Assembly: GCF_964204645.1 (NCBI RefSeq)
Contig: NC_134034.1
Location: 12,968,962-13,032,961 of the forward strand
Direction of reading: 5' to 3'
Length of the DNA stretch: 64,000 nucleotides
DNA from: Tubulanus polymorphus
Taxonomy: Eukaryota > Animalia > Nemertea
The notes under the pieces are model-generated. The model was not told where the DNA came from, searched no databases, and saw only the letters and a list, made by a program, of their open reading frames with translations. Below, one piece after another: positions 63,219-64,000 of this stretch. Position numbers and translations under genes: made by a program. Every line of letters begins with the position of its first letter. The first letter of the stretch is position 1.

Positions 63219-63469
63219 ATTTTGTAAATCGTAATAACACCTGTAATCAGTTCATTTCTATCCGGTCTGTCGGGTCTGTTATTGTCAGCTCGATCACGAT
63301 TTAAAAACAGTTAGTTATGTACAGGGTAGATAGGCGGCCGCGGCCGGGTCGACATTTTTAAGCTCAGCAGAAATGAAAAACAAGGAATCAATCTTTGGCC
63401 TAATTCTTAAAACCGATTTAGAGGATATTTTTCTAATTTGACTAGGTTAGATCGCTAGAGATGGCGGCA

Positions 63470-63723
63470 TTATGTTGGGTACGAGGGCTGTATCGGCGGG
63501 TAAGCAGCACCCGGAGGTGTATAAGCAGGACCCGGAGGTGGATAAGCAGGGCCCGGAGGTGGATAAGCAGGACCCGGAGGTGGATAAGCAGGATCTGATG
63601 ATGATAACTGATGACTCGGATAAGCGGGTGGATAGGCTGGTTGATAACTGTTGAATCCGTTAGATGTCGCCTCGGCGTATGACGGTAGTTTCACTGCTCC
63701 GGGATGTGGTGAGTTGAACTGAT
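63470..63723 (-). CDS. Last exon of a gene extending beyond the window; Pro/Tyr-rich cytoplasmic tail (LPSY motif, PAYPPPG repeats)
   Basis: Acceptor tttctag at 63724-63725; ORF ends at 63470; WW-ligand-like motifs. Confidence 0.55.
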
Positions 63724-63785
63724 CTAGAAATAGTAAACACAATTCGAGTAAAGCAGCCATGAACAATTCAGCTCCTTCACACATT

Positions 63786-64000
63786 TATTCAGCCCCCCAC
63801 AAGTATTCAGCCCAATACTCCCCAAATACACAAGTATTCAGCCCAATACTCCCCAAATACACAAGTATTCAGCCCAATACTCCCCAAATACACAAGTATT
63901 CAGCCCAATACTCCCCAAATACACAAGTATTCAGCCCAATACTCCCCAAATACACAAGTATTCAGCCCAATACTCCCCAAATACACAAGTATTCAGCCCA
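63786..64000. repeat. 31-bp tandem repeat (caagtattcagcccaatactccccaaataca)
   Basis: At least 6.5 copies, running off the window end. Confidence 0.95.

Overview
Gene-dense genomic DNA from a eukaryote, most likely an invertebrate animal (GT-AG introns, microsatellites, MITEs; a marine lophotrochozoan is my inference). It is not prokaryotic. Reconstructed genes: two intronless class A GPCRs, a PAN/Apple-domain gene with an apparent frameshift, a large NWD1/NWD2-type NACHT-WD40 gene ending in a CaaX box, a secreted PAN+WSC protein, an SLC28/CNT nucleoside transporter, an SLC22 transporter, an ARF GTPase with an altered P-loop (GKI instead of GKT), a class B GPCR, a type II membrane GH130/DUF377-like propeller protein and the Pro-rich tail of a partial gene. 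The most striking element is non-coding: intron 4 of the CNT gene holds 22 tandem copies of a 69-bp unit that, on the minus strand, is almost entirely a minimal type I hammerhead ribozyme (UAUUC-CUGAAGA-U-GACUA[loop]UAGUC-GAAA-CG-UU/UC-GAAUA). This resembles an ultra-small retrozyme-like or Penelope-derived array. A second minimal-hammerhead family occurs at three dispersed loci, one as a head-to-head palindrome. Several tandem repeats also duplicate functional gene boundaries (13 copies of one splice acceptor, a second duplicated acceptor, a degenerate donor array and a repeated stop codon), and CTCF-like motifs appear dense. All exon coordinates were read by eye, and no ribozyme activity has been tested.
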